NCBI GenBank assembly: GCA_000960865.2
Contig: JZWU02000022.1
Span: forward strand, 1 to 28,532
Length of the DNA stretch: 28,532 nucleotides
From: Vulcanisaeta sp. AZ3
GTDB taxonomy: Archaea; Thermoproteota; Thermoprotei; Thermoproteales; Thermocladiaceae
Reading direction: 5' to 3'
Shown here: positions 17,979-26,972 of the stretch, piece after piece
How positions within the stretch are numbered: position 1 is the stretch's first letter
Layout of the letters: the number at the start of each line of letters is the position of its first letter
Notes under the pieces: generated by a model
Seen by the model: the letters and a program-made list of their open reading frames with translations, nothing else
The model's database searches: none
Told to the model about the DNA's origin: nothing
Position numbers and translations under genes: made by a program

Positions 17979-19444
17979 GAACCAACCACCTCTGGATACT
18001 TACTCAATATATGTAAGTAAGTATCACCCATCCCCGTCCCAAAGCCACATAGGCTTGTGGACCTCATAACCTCCGCCACTGACTTAACCTCCTCCGCCTC
18101 ACTCTTAGTTAGGAAACCTCGGCCTAGAGCCTCCTTGGCTATGTCTAGAATCTTTGCATTACCATACCTACACGGGAAGCATTTACCGCAGGACTCGTAT
18201 GCGCCGAACTCGGCCATATGATGGAGTAATTCGAGGGGTGTTGTGTGATCGTCAAAGGCAACTATACTACCATGACCTATGAACACACCTGCACTCCTTA
18301 ACTCCTCATAACCAAACTTAACATCCAACTCCTCAGGTCTAACAACACTAAAGCTACCCACCACTAAACCCCTCAACTTCCTGCCATCCCTTAACCCACC
18401 ACCAATATCAAAAACAATCTCCCTAAGTGTTATGCCAAACTCAATCTCATAAATACCAGGCCTCTTAAAGAGAGAATTCAAGGATATGAGTTTTGTACCC
18501 CTACTCTTCGAGAACCCAAGATCATAATAAGCCTTACCACCATGTATCATGATCCAGGAAATATTAGCTAGAGTTTCCACATTATTAACAACCGTGGGCT
18601 TGCCAAACAAGCCCCTCTCAGTTGGGTATGGCGGCCTAGGCATTGGCTCTGCCCTATTACCCATGATAGCATTTATTAATGCCGTCTCTTCACCAGCTAC
18701 GTAGGAACCCTTACCAACAACAACCTCAACATCAATACTCACATCCTTACCCAACACCCTATTACCCAAGTAACCAGCGCTCCTAAGCTCCTCCACAGCC
18801 CTCGCCATGGCACTCACAGAGTCTGGGTACTCACGACGGATATAGACATACACCTTCCCAGCCCCAATTGCGTAGGCAGCTATTAGGGCACCCTCGAGGA
18901 CGAGGTATGGTGCATAACTCATTAGGTACCTATCAATGTACGCCCCAGGATCGCCCTCATCACCATTAACAACTAAGTACTTAACATCAACCCTCTGTTG
19001 ATAGGCTGAACGCCACTTAAGTCCTGTTGGGAATCCAGCACCACCACGGCCCCTTAAACCTGACTTCTCAACTTCAGAAATAACATCTTCAGGCCTCATG
19101 GTAGTTAACACCACCTCTAACCCCTTCATACCACCCCTTGCCTTGTACTCATCGAGACTCTTAATCGGCCCGTTTTTGATCCAATCAATGAGTACTGCGG
19201 TTCTACTTCTTGACTCCATAATTGGTGGCGCATCAATACCACTCCATGAGGGGGCTAGGTAGCATTTGCCTAGGCAGTAGGTTGGTGGTGTTTGTCTAAC
19301 GGCCATATCATAAACGCTTGGATTAAGGTCCCTGGCAACAAAGCATGCTAATCCATGGCAATACTCCTCACTTAGGGATACTGTTGAGAAGGAGTAGAAG
19401 GAGTCAACCTCAGGTCTTTTAATGCTGATGACAAGCCTATTCAT
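17975..19444 (-). CDS. NuoF-like FMN/NAD-binding subunit with fused minimal NuoE-like 2Fe-2S segment (FDH diaphorase subunit)
   Basis: GLRGRGGAGFPTG, NGDEGDPG, GEETAL, ESCGKCFPCR...SLCGFG. N-terminal CHGLAC...CLGKC. Overlaps fdhA at ATGA. Confidence 0.9.
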   Translation of the reverse strand: MNRLVISIKRPEVDSFYSFSTVSLSEEYCHGLACFVARDLNPSVYDMAVRQTPPTYCLGKCYLAPSWSGIDAPPIMESRSRTAVLIDWIKNGPIKSLDEYKARGGMKGLEVVLTTMRPEDVISEVEKSGLRGRGGAGFPTGLKWRSAYQQRVDVKYLVVNGDEGDPGAYIDRYLMSYAPYLVLEGALIAAYAIGAGKVYVYIRREYPDSVSAMARAVEELRSAGYLGNRVLGKDVSIDVEVVVGKGSYVAGEETALINAIMGNRAEPMPRPPYPTERGLFGKPTVVNNVETLANISWIMIHGGKAYYDLGFSKSRGTKLISLNSLFKRPGIYEIEFGITLREIVFDIGGGLRDGRKLRGLVVGSFSVVRPEELDVKFGYEELRSAGVFIGHGSIVAFDDHTTPLELLHHMAEFGAYESCGKCFPCRYGNAKILDIAKEALGRGFLTKSEAEEVKSVAEVMRSTSLCGFGTGMGDTYLHILSKYPEVVGS

Positions 19445-19539
19445 AACTTACCATATTGATTAATTTTACCTAGGATTTAAATTATGCGTCGGGATTTATT
19501 TAAGTTAACATTAAAGCATATATAATATTAATGAAGATC

Positions 19540-19566
19540 TTTATCATTGCCTTAGGCAAAGATAAA
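19540..19566. promoter_or_regulatory. 13-1-13 inverted repeat (12/13 match) in divergent promoter
   Basis: TTTATCATTGCCT-T-AGGCAAAGATAAA. Confidence 0.6.
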
Positions 19567-19608
19567 TTTAAATGAATAATTTCATTAAGGTACTATTAGG
19601 GTTATTTA

Positions 19609-20166
19609 ATGAGCAATGAGGAAGCATTGTTTAAAATAATTGAATCAATGAGGAGGCTTGAGAGAGACCTCGCCGTACTCTACATGACTATGGCCAACAG
19701 CATTCATGACAATACCATCAGTTCAATAATGAGGAAAATAGGCCTTGAATCTGCAACCCACAGCTACCTACTCACATTGGTAAAGAGCCTAATGAGGGAG
19801 TGCTTGCCTAGGAATATAACGGATTTGGAGACTCTATCCTCAATGCAGGGTGATATTGAGGAGTCCCTAACCCATGTTCATGAGCTCATGGATTTCGTGA
19901 ACTCCAAGAGTAAGGTTAGTGAGGATCTTACAGGAGTCGTTATTGAGAAGTTGAATGAATTTGAGGGTTTCGAGTCAAAGGCCACTAGAATGTATAGCTT
20001 CCTAATAAGAAGCTACCTACCAATAACCAGCACAAAGACTGACCTAAGGCGTCGAGCCACTTCAAAACTAATAGTTAAGTTATTGAAGGGCATATCCGAT
20101 GATGAGAAGGAGCACCAGGAATTACTCACACTAATTAGTGAATTATTAAGGAGCGAAAAGGCATAA
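19609..20166 (+). CDS. Ferritin/rubrerythrin-like di-iron four-helix protein
   Basis: Two E...ExxH repeats: LERDLAVLY...ESATH and FESKATRMY...DEKEH. Confidence 0.7.
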   Translation: MSNEEALFKIIESMRRLERDLAVLYMTMANSIHDNTISSIMRKIGLESATHSYLLTLVKSLMRECLPRNITDLETLSSMQGDIEESLTHVHELMDFVNSKSKVSEDLTGVVIEKLNEFEGFESKATRMYSFLIRSYLPITSTKTDLRRRATSKLIVKLLKGISDDEKEHQELLTLISELLRSEKA

Positions 20167-20179
20167 ATATTCTAAGGAT

Positions 20180-21754
20180 ATGCCTGCCCAGGTGGGTAGG
20201 CCGAGGCTTTTCCTTAGGAATTCCACAGGACTTGTTAGGGAGGTTGGTCCCTTAACTGCGCTTCTCATGAATATTGCCTTCATAGCCTTTCAATCAGGCT
20301 TCCTACTCCTCCTATCTAGTATGTTTAATTTCCCAATGGGGAATCCAATAATTGCCATAGCGCTGAGCGCCGCCCTATTCCTACCCTTGGCAGTCCTCCT
20401 TAATAGGGTTGGCATTACGTATTATAGGACGGCGAGTGATTACTTGTTTGTTAGTAGGAACTTAAATCCTGCCGTAGGCTTCGCCTCAATGCTCATGTTC
20501 ACAATAGACCAAATGTTCTTCAATGCCGTGCTAATAAGCCTAGGCCTAGTCACGGGATTGGCTCCCGCATTAATGGCGATTGGCCTTGCAAATAATGAAC
20601 ATTACCTAGTATTACTCAGTAATGAATTAAGCAGCAACCCATTGCTTATATTCCTCCTCGGCATCGCCATATTTGCAATCCTCATACTCATAAACGCCCT
20701 GTCCATAAGGGCAGGTAAGTACTTGGCTTCAACGCTTTCATTATTTGGCATATTAACATTCATACTAACAATAACCCTAACATACACATACTCCCACCAA
20801 ATACTCACAACAATAAACAACGCCTCACCAGGCCTACTAATGAAAGCCAGTAATGTGGCTAGGGAATTACCAACATATGGCCCAGTGCTAGATACGGTGT
20901 TCCTAATACCATACCTCGCCTATGTATTCCCCTTCATAAACTTCGTATTGTCAATCGGCGGTGAGGTTAGGAGGGGTAAGTCAATACCCCTAGCCATATA
21001 CGGCACCTACACCATCAGCGCCGTAATACTCATGATAAGTACTTGGTTAGTTCTCTCATCAATAGGCATTAATCACATAAATGGACTCTTCGCAATTTAC
21101 TACGGCGTTGCACCATCCATAACCTACCCAGGCACATTACCACCGCCATATCCACAAGCCCTATTAATACTCGTGATTAAGAACCCAGTGCTGCAGTGGT
21201 TAATAGCCATTGGCTCCTTCCTATGGTATGTTGGCATGGTCTCAGTACTAGTAATACAAATTGCCAGGTACATACTTGCCCTATCCTTCGACAGAGTGCT
21301 ACCATCAGTCCTAGCATACGTAAACCCAAGAACACATACACCAATTGCGGCTCACCTTATTGACCTCGCAGTAACCTCAATAATAATGTACCTATACAAC
21401 TTCAGTGTTGTTCCCCTACTCTCTGCAACCATGGACATAAGCACGCTGGTCACAATACTCATGTACTTCATGATAATAACAATAACAACCATAGCACTAG
21501 GCCTCAGGGTCAGGTCCATAGGAACAACAGCACTGGGCATATACACAACAGCCCTCTTTGCCTGGATGGCCTATGAAGAGGCTGTGAACCCCATGGCATA
21601 CCTATTCACCCCATCAATAAACGCCTACATAATTGGATTCTTCGCACTAATATTCATTGCGGGCCTCATAGCATTCCACGCCATGCGCATATATAGATTA
21701 AGGAGGGAGGGCGTGGACCTCAATGTGGTGTTTAGGGAAATACCGCCGGAGTAA
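20180..21754 (+). CDS. APC-family amino acid permease
   Basis: 'FLRNSTGLVREV', 'GGEVR', 'SFDRVLP...VNPRTHTP', C-terminal 'FREIPPE'. Confidence 0.9.
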   Translation: MPAQVGRPRLFLRNSTGLVREVGPLTALLMNIAFIAFQSGFLLLLSSMFNFPMGNPIIAIALSAALFLPLAVLLNRVGITYYRTASDYLFVSRNLNPAVGFASMLMFTIDQMFFNAVLISLGLVTGLAPALMAIGLANNEHYLVLLSNELSSNPLLIFLLGIAIFAILILINALSIRAGKYLASTLSLFGILTFILTITLTYTYSHQILTTINNASPGLLMKASNVARELPTYGPVLDTVFLIPYLAYVFPFINFVLSIGGEVRRGKSIPLAIYGTYTISAVILMISTWLVLSSIGINHINGLFAIYYGVAPSITYPGTLPPPYPQALLILVIKNPVLQWLIAIGSFLWYVGMVSVLVIQIARYILALSFDRVLPSVLAYVNPRTHTPIAAHLIDLAVTSIIMYLYNFSVVPLLSATMDISTLVTILMYFMIITITTIALGLRVRSIGTTALGIYTTALFAWMAYEEAVNPMAYLFTPSINAYIIGFFALIFIAGLIAFHAMRIYRLRREGVDLNVVFREIPPE

Positions 21755-21760
21755 TTAATC

Positions 21761-21805
21761 CGCAATAGGGATTAATTTCCTATTGTGATTACTCAATTAC
21801 TGAGT
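21761..21805. promoter_or_regulatory. Two dyads in the nre promoter / permease terminator region
   Basis: CAATAGG-9-CCTATTG (21763-85) and ACTCA-5-TGAGT (21791-805). Confidence 0.4.
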
Positions 21806-21807
21806 TA

Positions 21808-23058
21808 ATGGTTAGAATAAACCCATCACTATGCGTGAGGTGTAGGGGGGAGTATAATCTATGCGGGCTTAGTTACTGCCCAGTATTTACTGAATTACGC
21901 ACGAGGTACATGATTAAGCGAGTAAGTGGGCGTAGTAATGTTGATGGGTCATCACCACCAAGCGTTTTCGTCGGGCGTATTGGTTACCCCAGGGTTAATG
22001 TTTACCCAGCCTCACCACCAATGCACGGTGATACTAGAGACCTTGAGAACCCGAGGGCTTGGTTAGGGATGAGACTTGAGGATTTTCTATCAAGTAGGTT
22101 ATCCCTCATTAGGGGTTCTGTGAATGCCAAGGTTTATGACGCCAGGAACCCGCCTAGGACCTTACATGAGATTCAAGTCATGGCTCTCTCAGAGGGTCCT
22201 GTGGATACTGAGCTAATTCTTGAGAGGCCTATTGGTGGGAGGTTTATCTTAGATGAGCATTCACCACCCTTCGGCCCATCATCACCATTAAAGGAACTTA
22301 AACTATCCACCATACCACCCCCGCCTAGGGTTGTTGAGAGTGTTTATGATGACTTTGATCTCAACGCCACTGAGGCTGTTCTTAGGCTTTATGATGCTGG
22401 TGTTGATGCTCATCAAATATCTAGGCTATTGAGTGTTGGGGCTCTTGGCATTGCCAATAGGCGTAGGCTTGTGCCTACTAGATGGTCAATAACCGCTGTG
22501 GATAAGCAGGTTTCTGATGCGTTGTTTAAGGAGGTTCGTGGTTACCCATTGATTAATGAGTTTAGGGTCTACGTTAGGAGCATTAAGGATAACACCTTCG
22601 TGGGGATTCTAGCACCACACACCTGGCTTTATGAGTGGGCTGAGGCTTGGTGGCCAGGCTCTACCTGGAATCTCTGGGGTGGTGATGTTGTTATTGAGCT
22701 TGACTCTGAGGGTTATTGGGGTCGCGATGAGTATCCAGCAATAGGTGGTTGTTATTACGCGGCTAGGCTGGCAGTTATTGAGGCTCTTAGGGCCATGCGT
22801 AGACAGGCCGCTGTGGCTCTTTGGCGTGAGATATATCCAGGTTTTAATTTACCGGTTGGTGTTTGGTGGGTTAGGGAGAATGTTAGGGCTATGTTCAAGG
22901 GACCTTATGAGAAGTTTTACGAACTTAATGATGCCCTGAAGTACGTATCGAGATTCCTCAAGATACCCATTGGTGAGTGGGTTTCGAGGTCCTACGTAAT
23001 ACGTAGGTTGATGAGGCAGGGGAGTATAATTAATTGGTTAGGTGATGTGGGTAAATGA
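21808..23058 (+). CDS. nreA: Nre family DNA repair protein (PCNA-interacting)
   Basis: N-terminal CxxC...CxxxxC, 'GSSPPSVFVG..GYP', 'LVPTRWSITAVD', 'GGCYYAARL', 'PVGVW.VRE', C-terminal PIP-like QGSIINWL. Confidence 0.92.
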   Translation: MVRINPSLCVRCRGEYNLCGLSYCPVFTELRTRYMIKRVSGRSNVDGSSPPSVFVGRIGYPRVNVYPASPPMHGDTRDLENPRAWLGMRLEDFLSSRLSLIRGSVNAKVYDARNPPRTLHEIQVMALSEGPVDTELILERPIGGRFILDEHSPPFGPSSPLKELKLSTIPPPPRVVESVYDDFDLNATEAVLRLYDAGVDAHQISRLLSVGALGIANRRRLVPTRWSITAVDKQVSDALFKEVRGYPLINEFRVYVRSIKDNTFVGILAPHTWLYEWAEAWWPGSTWNLWGGDVVIELDSEGYWGRDEYPAIGGCYYAARLAVIEALRAMRRQAAVALWREIYPGFNLPVGVWWVRENVRAMFKGPYEKFYELNDALKYVSRFLKIPIGEWVSRSYVIRRLMRQGSIINWLGDVGK

Positions 23059-23888
23059 GTGGTTCCTTGGTTATTGGTAGGACGCTTGTTAGGGAGGTTG
23101 AGGTTAAGAGTGCATTGTCTAGGTCGGGGCTTCCTGAGTATGATTATGCGCTTAATCCATACGTTGGTTGTCAGCATGGTTGTGTATATTGTTATGCTAG
23201 AGAATTCACTAGGGGCGAGCCTAGCGTTAAGTGGGGTGAAGTTGTTTATGTTAAGGTTAATTTGATACGATTATTGAGTAGGGAGGTTAGGAGGTTTAAG
23301 CCTGGTGTTGTTGGTCTATCCACAATAACAGACCCATACCAACCAGTTGAATCTAGGTATAAATTATCAAGGAGATCAATTGAGATTCTATGTAGGGCTG
23401 GTTTTCACGTGAGCGTTCAAACGAAGTCCGCCCTCGTGGTTAGGGATTTAGATGTACTTAGTGGTTGTGGTGGTATGATTGATGTTGGATTCACAATAAC
23501 AACAATGAGGGATACCTATAGAGTGATAGAGCCCTTTGCCGCCCATCCAATGGCAAGGGCATCAGCACTTAGGAAGGTGAGGAGTGCAGGTATTGAGACG
23601 TGGATCTTCCTAGGCCCAATAATACCTGGGGTTAATGACCATAGGGAGGATTACGAGCCAATCATTAAGTTGGCTAGTGAGACGAATTCTCAATTAATAA
23701 TTGATAGGTTTAGGCCTAGGCCCTCAGTAATTAAGTCCATGATCAATAATTTAGGCGCAGTAGAGGCTGTGAGTAACGCATGGTGGCGTGGCGTGGTTAG
23801 GGATGCATTTAGATTATGTAATGAGTACGGAATTAATTGCATGACCGCTGAGGATGAGTGGAATAGACTTAGGAGTAAACGGCAATAA
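23055..23888 (+). CDS. Radical SAM protein, SplB/spore photoproduct lyase-like family
   Basis: 'LNPYVGCQHGCVYCYA' (CxxxCxxC), 'TDPYQP.E', 'QTKS.LV.RD.D'. Overlaps nreA at ATGA. Confidence 0.9.
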   Translation: MSGSLVIGRTLVREVEVKSALSRSGLPEYDYALNPYVGCQHGCVYCYAREFTRGEPSVKWGEVVYVKVNLIRLLSREVRRFKPGVVGLSTITDPYQPVESRYKLSRRSIEILCRAGFHVSVQTKSALVVRDLDVLSGCGGMIDVGFTITTMRDTYRVIEPFAAHPMARASALRKVRSAGIETWIFLGPIIPGVNDHREDYEPIIKLASETNSQLIIDRFRPRPSVIKSMINNLGAVEAVSNAWWRGVVRDAFRLCNEYGINCMTAEDEWNRLRSKRQ

Positions 23889-23910
23889 TTCGTATGCATT
23901 ACGATAAATG

Positions 23911-23943
23911 AAAGCCCGTCCTTAAAACGCGGGGTGAAGTGAG
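23911..23943 (+). mobile_element. Degenerate second copy of IS605-type end
   Basis: AAAGCCCGTCCTTAAAACGCGGGGTGAAGTGAG aligns loosely to 3817-3849. Confidence 0.35.
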
Positions 23944-23989
23944 CAGAAACACTTATTAGGTAGGAACTCGGTAATTCCTCGGCGATTAG

Positions 23990-24847
23990 GTGGAACAAAC
24001 AGGGAATGAGGAGCAAATAATTAGAGAGATCATGAATACTCTAGTAAGTTCTGCCCGTTACATGGCTGATGAGGTGAGAAACACCTTTTCTAACTACGTA
24101 AGTATGTACAGAGACGCCCTTGGCTTCGATACACAGCAAGTAAGTCTGGATATTGTTGAGAGTAATAAGAGGATTTTCTTAATTCATTCATCAATTACGG
24201 AACCAAACTACGACCCAGATAATTACCTAGTGAGTGGACTTAAGGACTTCTTCAGTATTAATGAGGCCTTTTACCCAACATACTTAATGAGTGGGATTGA
24301 ATGTTATATGCAGTCAGAGCCGAGCCAATCCACTGGTGTTAATGTTAGTGGTTCGACCGTATCTGTGTATAGCGGTGTTGGGGCTATTGAGGATAAGGAT
24401 CTTGGCAAAGTCACCTGCGTTAAGAAGGCCAGTATTAGATTTTCCGATGAAATCACCAGCGAGGTTAATGTAAATCCCAACGACCTATTCACCACATCAA
24501 TAAACACAATAAATAGAGTTAGAAATGACCATAACGCCTTACGTAACGACTTCGTAAACACGTACGGCTTCGAACCTGGAGACATAACCCTAACAGGCAA
24601 TGAGGTTATGCTAAGCACATTATTCGACCTAAAAATGTCAACCACATTAAGAGATCTTGTACAGAGGGTTTTCTCTGGCGTAATACCTAACCAAACACCT
24701 GAACTCATGGGTTTAGGCCTACTCTACGGTTCACAACCCGACCTGGTCTTCTCCTATGATGATAGTGAGAAAATACTCGTACTCGGACACCCACACAAGG
24801 TTAGTTCTGGCGATTGCCTAAAGTACTCCATTATTAAGTACTCATGA
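23990..24847 (+). CDS. Hypothetical protein (acidic, Asn/Ser-rich, soluble)
   Basis: 285 aa ORF with no recognised motif. Confidence 0.75.
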   Translation: MEQTGNEEQIIREIMNTLVSSARYMADEVRNTFSNYVSMYRDALGFDTQQVSLDIVESNKRIFLIHSSITEPNYDPDNYLVSGLKDFFSINEAFYPTYLMSGIECYMQSEPSQSTGVNVSGSTVSVYSGVGAIEDKDLGKVTCVKKASIRFSDEITSEVNVNPNDLFTTSINTINRVRNDHNALRNDFVNTYGFEPGDITLTGNEVMLSTLFDLKMSTTLRDLVQRVFSGVIPNQTPELMGLGLLYGSQPDLVFSYDDSEKILVLGHPHKVSSGDCLKYSIIKYS

Positions 24848-24863
24848 TTTTTAAGGACACGAC

Positions 24864-25667
24864 TCACGAACTTAAAACCTCACCACCCTTCTCCCTAACG
24901 GCGGAGATTATGTAACTAATGATCTTATTAATCTCCACCTCAGCACTCCTCGTATCCTCAGAACTTATGTAGACGTGAACCTCAATAAGCGGCGCCTTAA
25001 TCTCATGACCCTTAGGATGACTCTTAATGTAAACCCTATCGCTCATTTTCATACCCCTCTCAATGATTGGAGCCAAATCAGCCTCAGGAACACCCCTAAC
25101 AGTTATCGACCTCTCAACAAAGTGCAACCTAGGGCCTATCTCACGCAACCTCGGCTCTACATAACCCTCAAATATACCCATCATCTCAGAGGGCACACCA
25201 GGTAAGGCAATAATTATCGTACCCCCCTCCTCAACCCAAATACCCGGCGCAGTACCCACAGGATTCGGCAAAGGCCTAGCACCCTCAGGCATCTTCGCCT
25301 GCTTAAGCCTAGGCTCCGTCAACTCAAGGCCCCTAGACTTAAAGGTTTCAACAACCATCCTCAACGCATCATCATTAATAACATAAGCCCTACCCAAGGC
25401 CTTAGCCAAGTATTCACTGGTCTTATCATCAAACGTAGGCCCTAAGCCCCCCGTGGAAATAACAACCCTAATACCCCTCCTAACAGCATCCCTAAAGACC
25501 TCCACCTCATCCTCCTCACTATCCGGAATCGTTATTACACGCCTAACGTTATACCCAAGCAGGGTTAATTTCCTAGCAAGCCAAGTGGCATTTGTATTTA
25601 CTGTCTTTCCAATCAATAATTCATTACCTATTGATACAATCCAAGCAGTATAACTCATCAACCTCAT
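24864..25667 (-). CDS. CinA N-terminal (MoCF-biosynthesis-like, COG1058) protein
   Basis: 'IGNELLIGKTVNTNA', 'TGGLGPTFDD', 'NPVGTAPG', 'LPGVPSEM'. No C-terminal PncC domain. Confidence 0.9.
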   Translation of the reverse strand: MRLMSYTAWIVSIGNELLIGKTVNTNATWLARKLTLLGYNVRRVITIPDSEEDEVEVFRDAVRRGIRVVISTGGLGPTFDDKTSEYLAKALGRAYVINDDALRMVVETFKSRGLELTEPRLKQAKMPEGARPLPNPVGTAPGIWVEEGGTIIIALPGVPSEMMGIFEGYVEPRLREIGPRLHFVERSITVRGVPEADLAPIIERGMKMSDRVYIKSHPKGHEIKAPLIEVHVYISSEDTRSAEVEINKIISYIISAVREKGGEVLSS

Positions 25668-25733
25668 AAAACACCCAATAATTAAAACGCTTTCTCAATA
25701 AAACATATTAATAACTAAGACAGTAACTATCAC

Positions 25734-25988
25734 GTGAGGCACATAAGAAGATTCGCAATCATAATCATGGATTTAGACAACATACAACCAGAGGAAGACG
25801 ACAAAGCCCAACTCACTAAATTAATCGAGGACTCCCTACAATGGTGGCACAATTACCTAGGCCAAAACGATAGGCTCGAACTCGACAAATGGAGAGTATA
25901 CCACATAGAATGGGCTGATGAACTCACCGTAGCCCGTGTAATGAACGCCCTCGGCAAATTCAGAGAATACATAAAAGGCGAATTATAA
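25734..25988 (+). CDS. Small hypothetical protein
   Basis: 84 aa ORF with globular composition, divergent from the CinA-like gene. Confidence 0.65.
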   Translation: MRHIRRFAIIIMDLDNIQPEEDDKAQLTKLIEDSLQWWHNYLGQNDRLELDKWRVYHIEWADELTVARVMNALGKFREYIKGEL

Positions 25989-26083
25989 ACAAGCATGAAA
26001 ACCCAACATAATCACAGCCCTATCGAAAACTCAGTCTAACACGCCACCCTCAACACCCACGACCCCCTGAAGGAAAGAGAAAT

Positions 26084-26845
26084 CTACTCAATCCTAACCT
26101 CCTCATAACCACAATTCGGACAATGCAGAGTCTGCTTTATGGCATACCTACCATCAACCTGAACCAAGGCCTTATCAACAACCCTCATCCTATGCATACA
26201 CCTAGGGCAGGTGTATATTGAACGAAAACCCCTCTCACTAAGTATCCTCCTAACCACGTAAGTACTTAACCCCAACCTCTCAGCAATTGCCCTCTGACTC
26301 AACCCCTCACTGTAGAGCTTAACAACATCATTAATGATGCTCTCAGGCAATGAATCAGCCTTAGACCTAATCCTCCCCGATGCCCTAAGCCTATCCATAG
26401 CAGCCTTAGTCCTCTGCCTAATGAACTCCCTCTCCATACTAGCCACGAAAGCCAAAACAGTCCTTAGAAACTGCCTATACGCACCATCCAAATTCTGCAA
26501 TATAGACTCCCTCTCACTAGTACTAACAATGAGTAAGCCTAGCTTATTCTCAACAACATCAAGAAGCCTAAACAACTCCTGAAAATTACGCACCAACCTA
26601 GAAGTCTCATAAACAAGCAAAACAGTAGGCCTCGGACTAAGAACACCCCCCTCAAGATCCTGCACCAAAGCCCTAAACGCAGGCCTCTCCAAAAGCGGCG
26701 TAACCCCACTCACAGCCTCATCAACATAGAACTTAAGTATAACAAAACCACGCCCCAACGCCCACTTACTCAAATAATCAATTTGATTAGCAGGATCCTG
26801 CAACTCCGTACTAACCCTAACATAAGCCACCGCCGGAATAGGCAT
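26084..26845 (-). CDS. Small serine recombinase (resolvase/invertase) with C-terminal HTH and Zn ribbon
   Basis: Catalytic 'AYVRVST', 'DEAVSG...RPAF', 'SRLVR', 'EREFIRQRTKAAM', HTH 'GLSQRAIAERLGLS', CPRC...CPNC. ATG 26845 fits TATA spacing. Confidence 0.92.
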   Translation of the reverse strand: MPIPAVAYVRVSTELQDPANQIDYLSKWALGRGFVILKFYVDEAVSGVTPLLERPAFRALVQDLEGGVLSPRPTVLLVYETSRLVRNFQELFRLLDVVENKLGLLIVSTSERESILQNLDGAYRQFLRTVLAFVASMEREFIRQRTKAAMDRLRASGRIRSKADSLPESIINDVVKLYSEGLSQRAIAERLGLSTYVVRRILSERGFRSIYTCPRCMHRMRVVDKALVQVDGRYAIKQTLHCPNCGYEEVRIE

Positions 26846-26893
26846 TGAATTACGGAATTTCAGCAACCCTTATTAAGTTCCCCCTCCCCCGAT

Positions 26894-26934
26894 TAGTATG
26901 TATTACGTAATTACTATAAATACTAAATAGTATT
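26894..26934. promoter_or_regulatory. Cluster of dyads, candidate res/autoregulatory site
   Basis: TAGTA-13-TACTA (26894-916), ATTACGTAAT (26902-11), AATACTA-AA-TAGTATT (26919-34). Confidence 0.4.
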
Positions 26935-26972
26935 AGTTAAAGTTTAAATAATTAATTGAATTTAGGAGGGTT

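Noticed and set aside
21774-21779. AATTTC matching the Sulfolobus UV-responsive ANTTTC motif upstream of nreA
   Set aside because: A degenerate hexamer is expected by chance in AT-rich DNA, so it is not supportable alone.
25996-26070. ATGAAA...CTGA possible C/D sRNA
   Set aside because: Weak C box, no internal D'/C', spacing wrong.
26084-26866. IS607 transposase assignment
   Set aside because: The HTH is C-terminal and no tnpB is adjacent.
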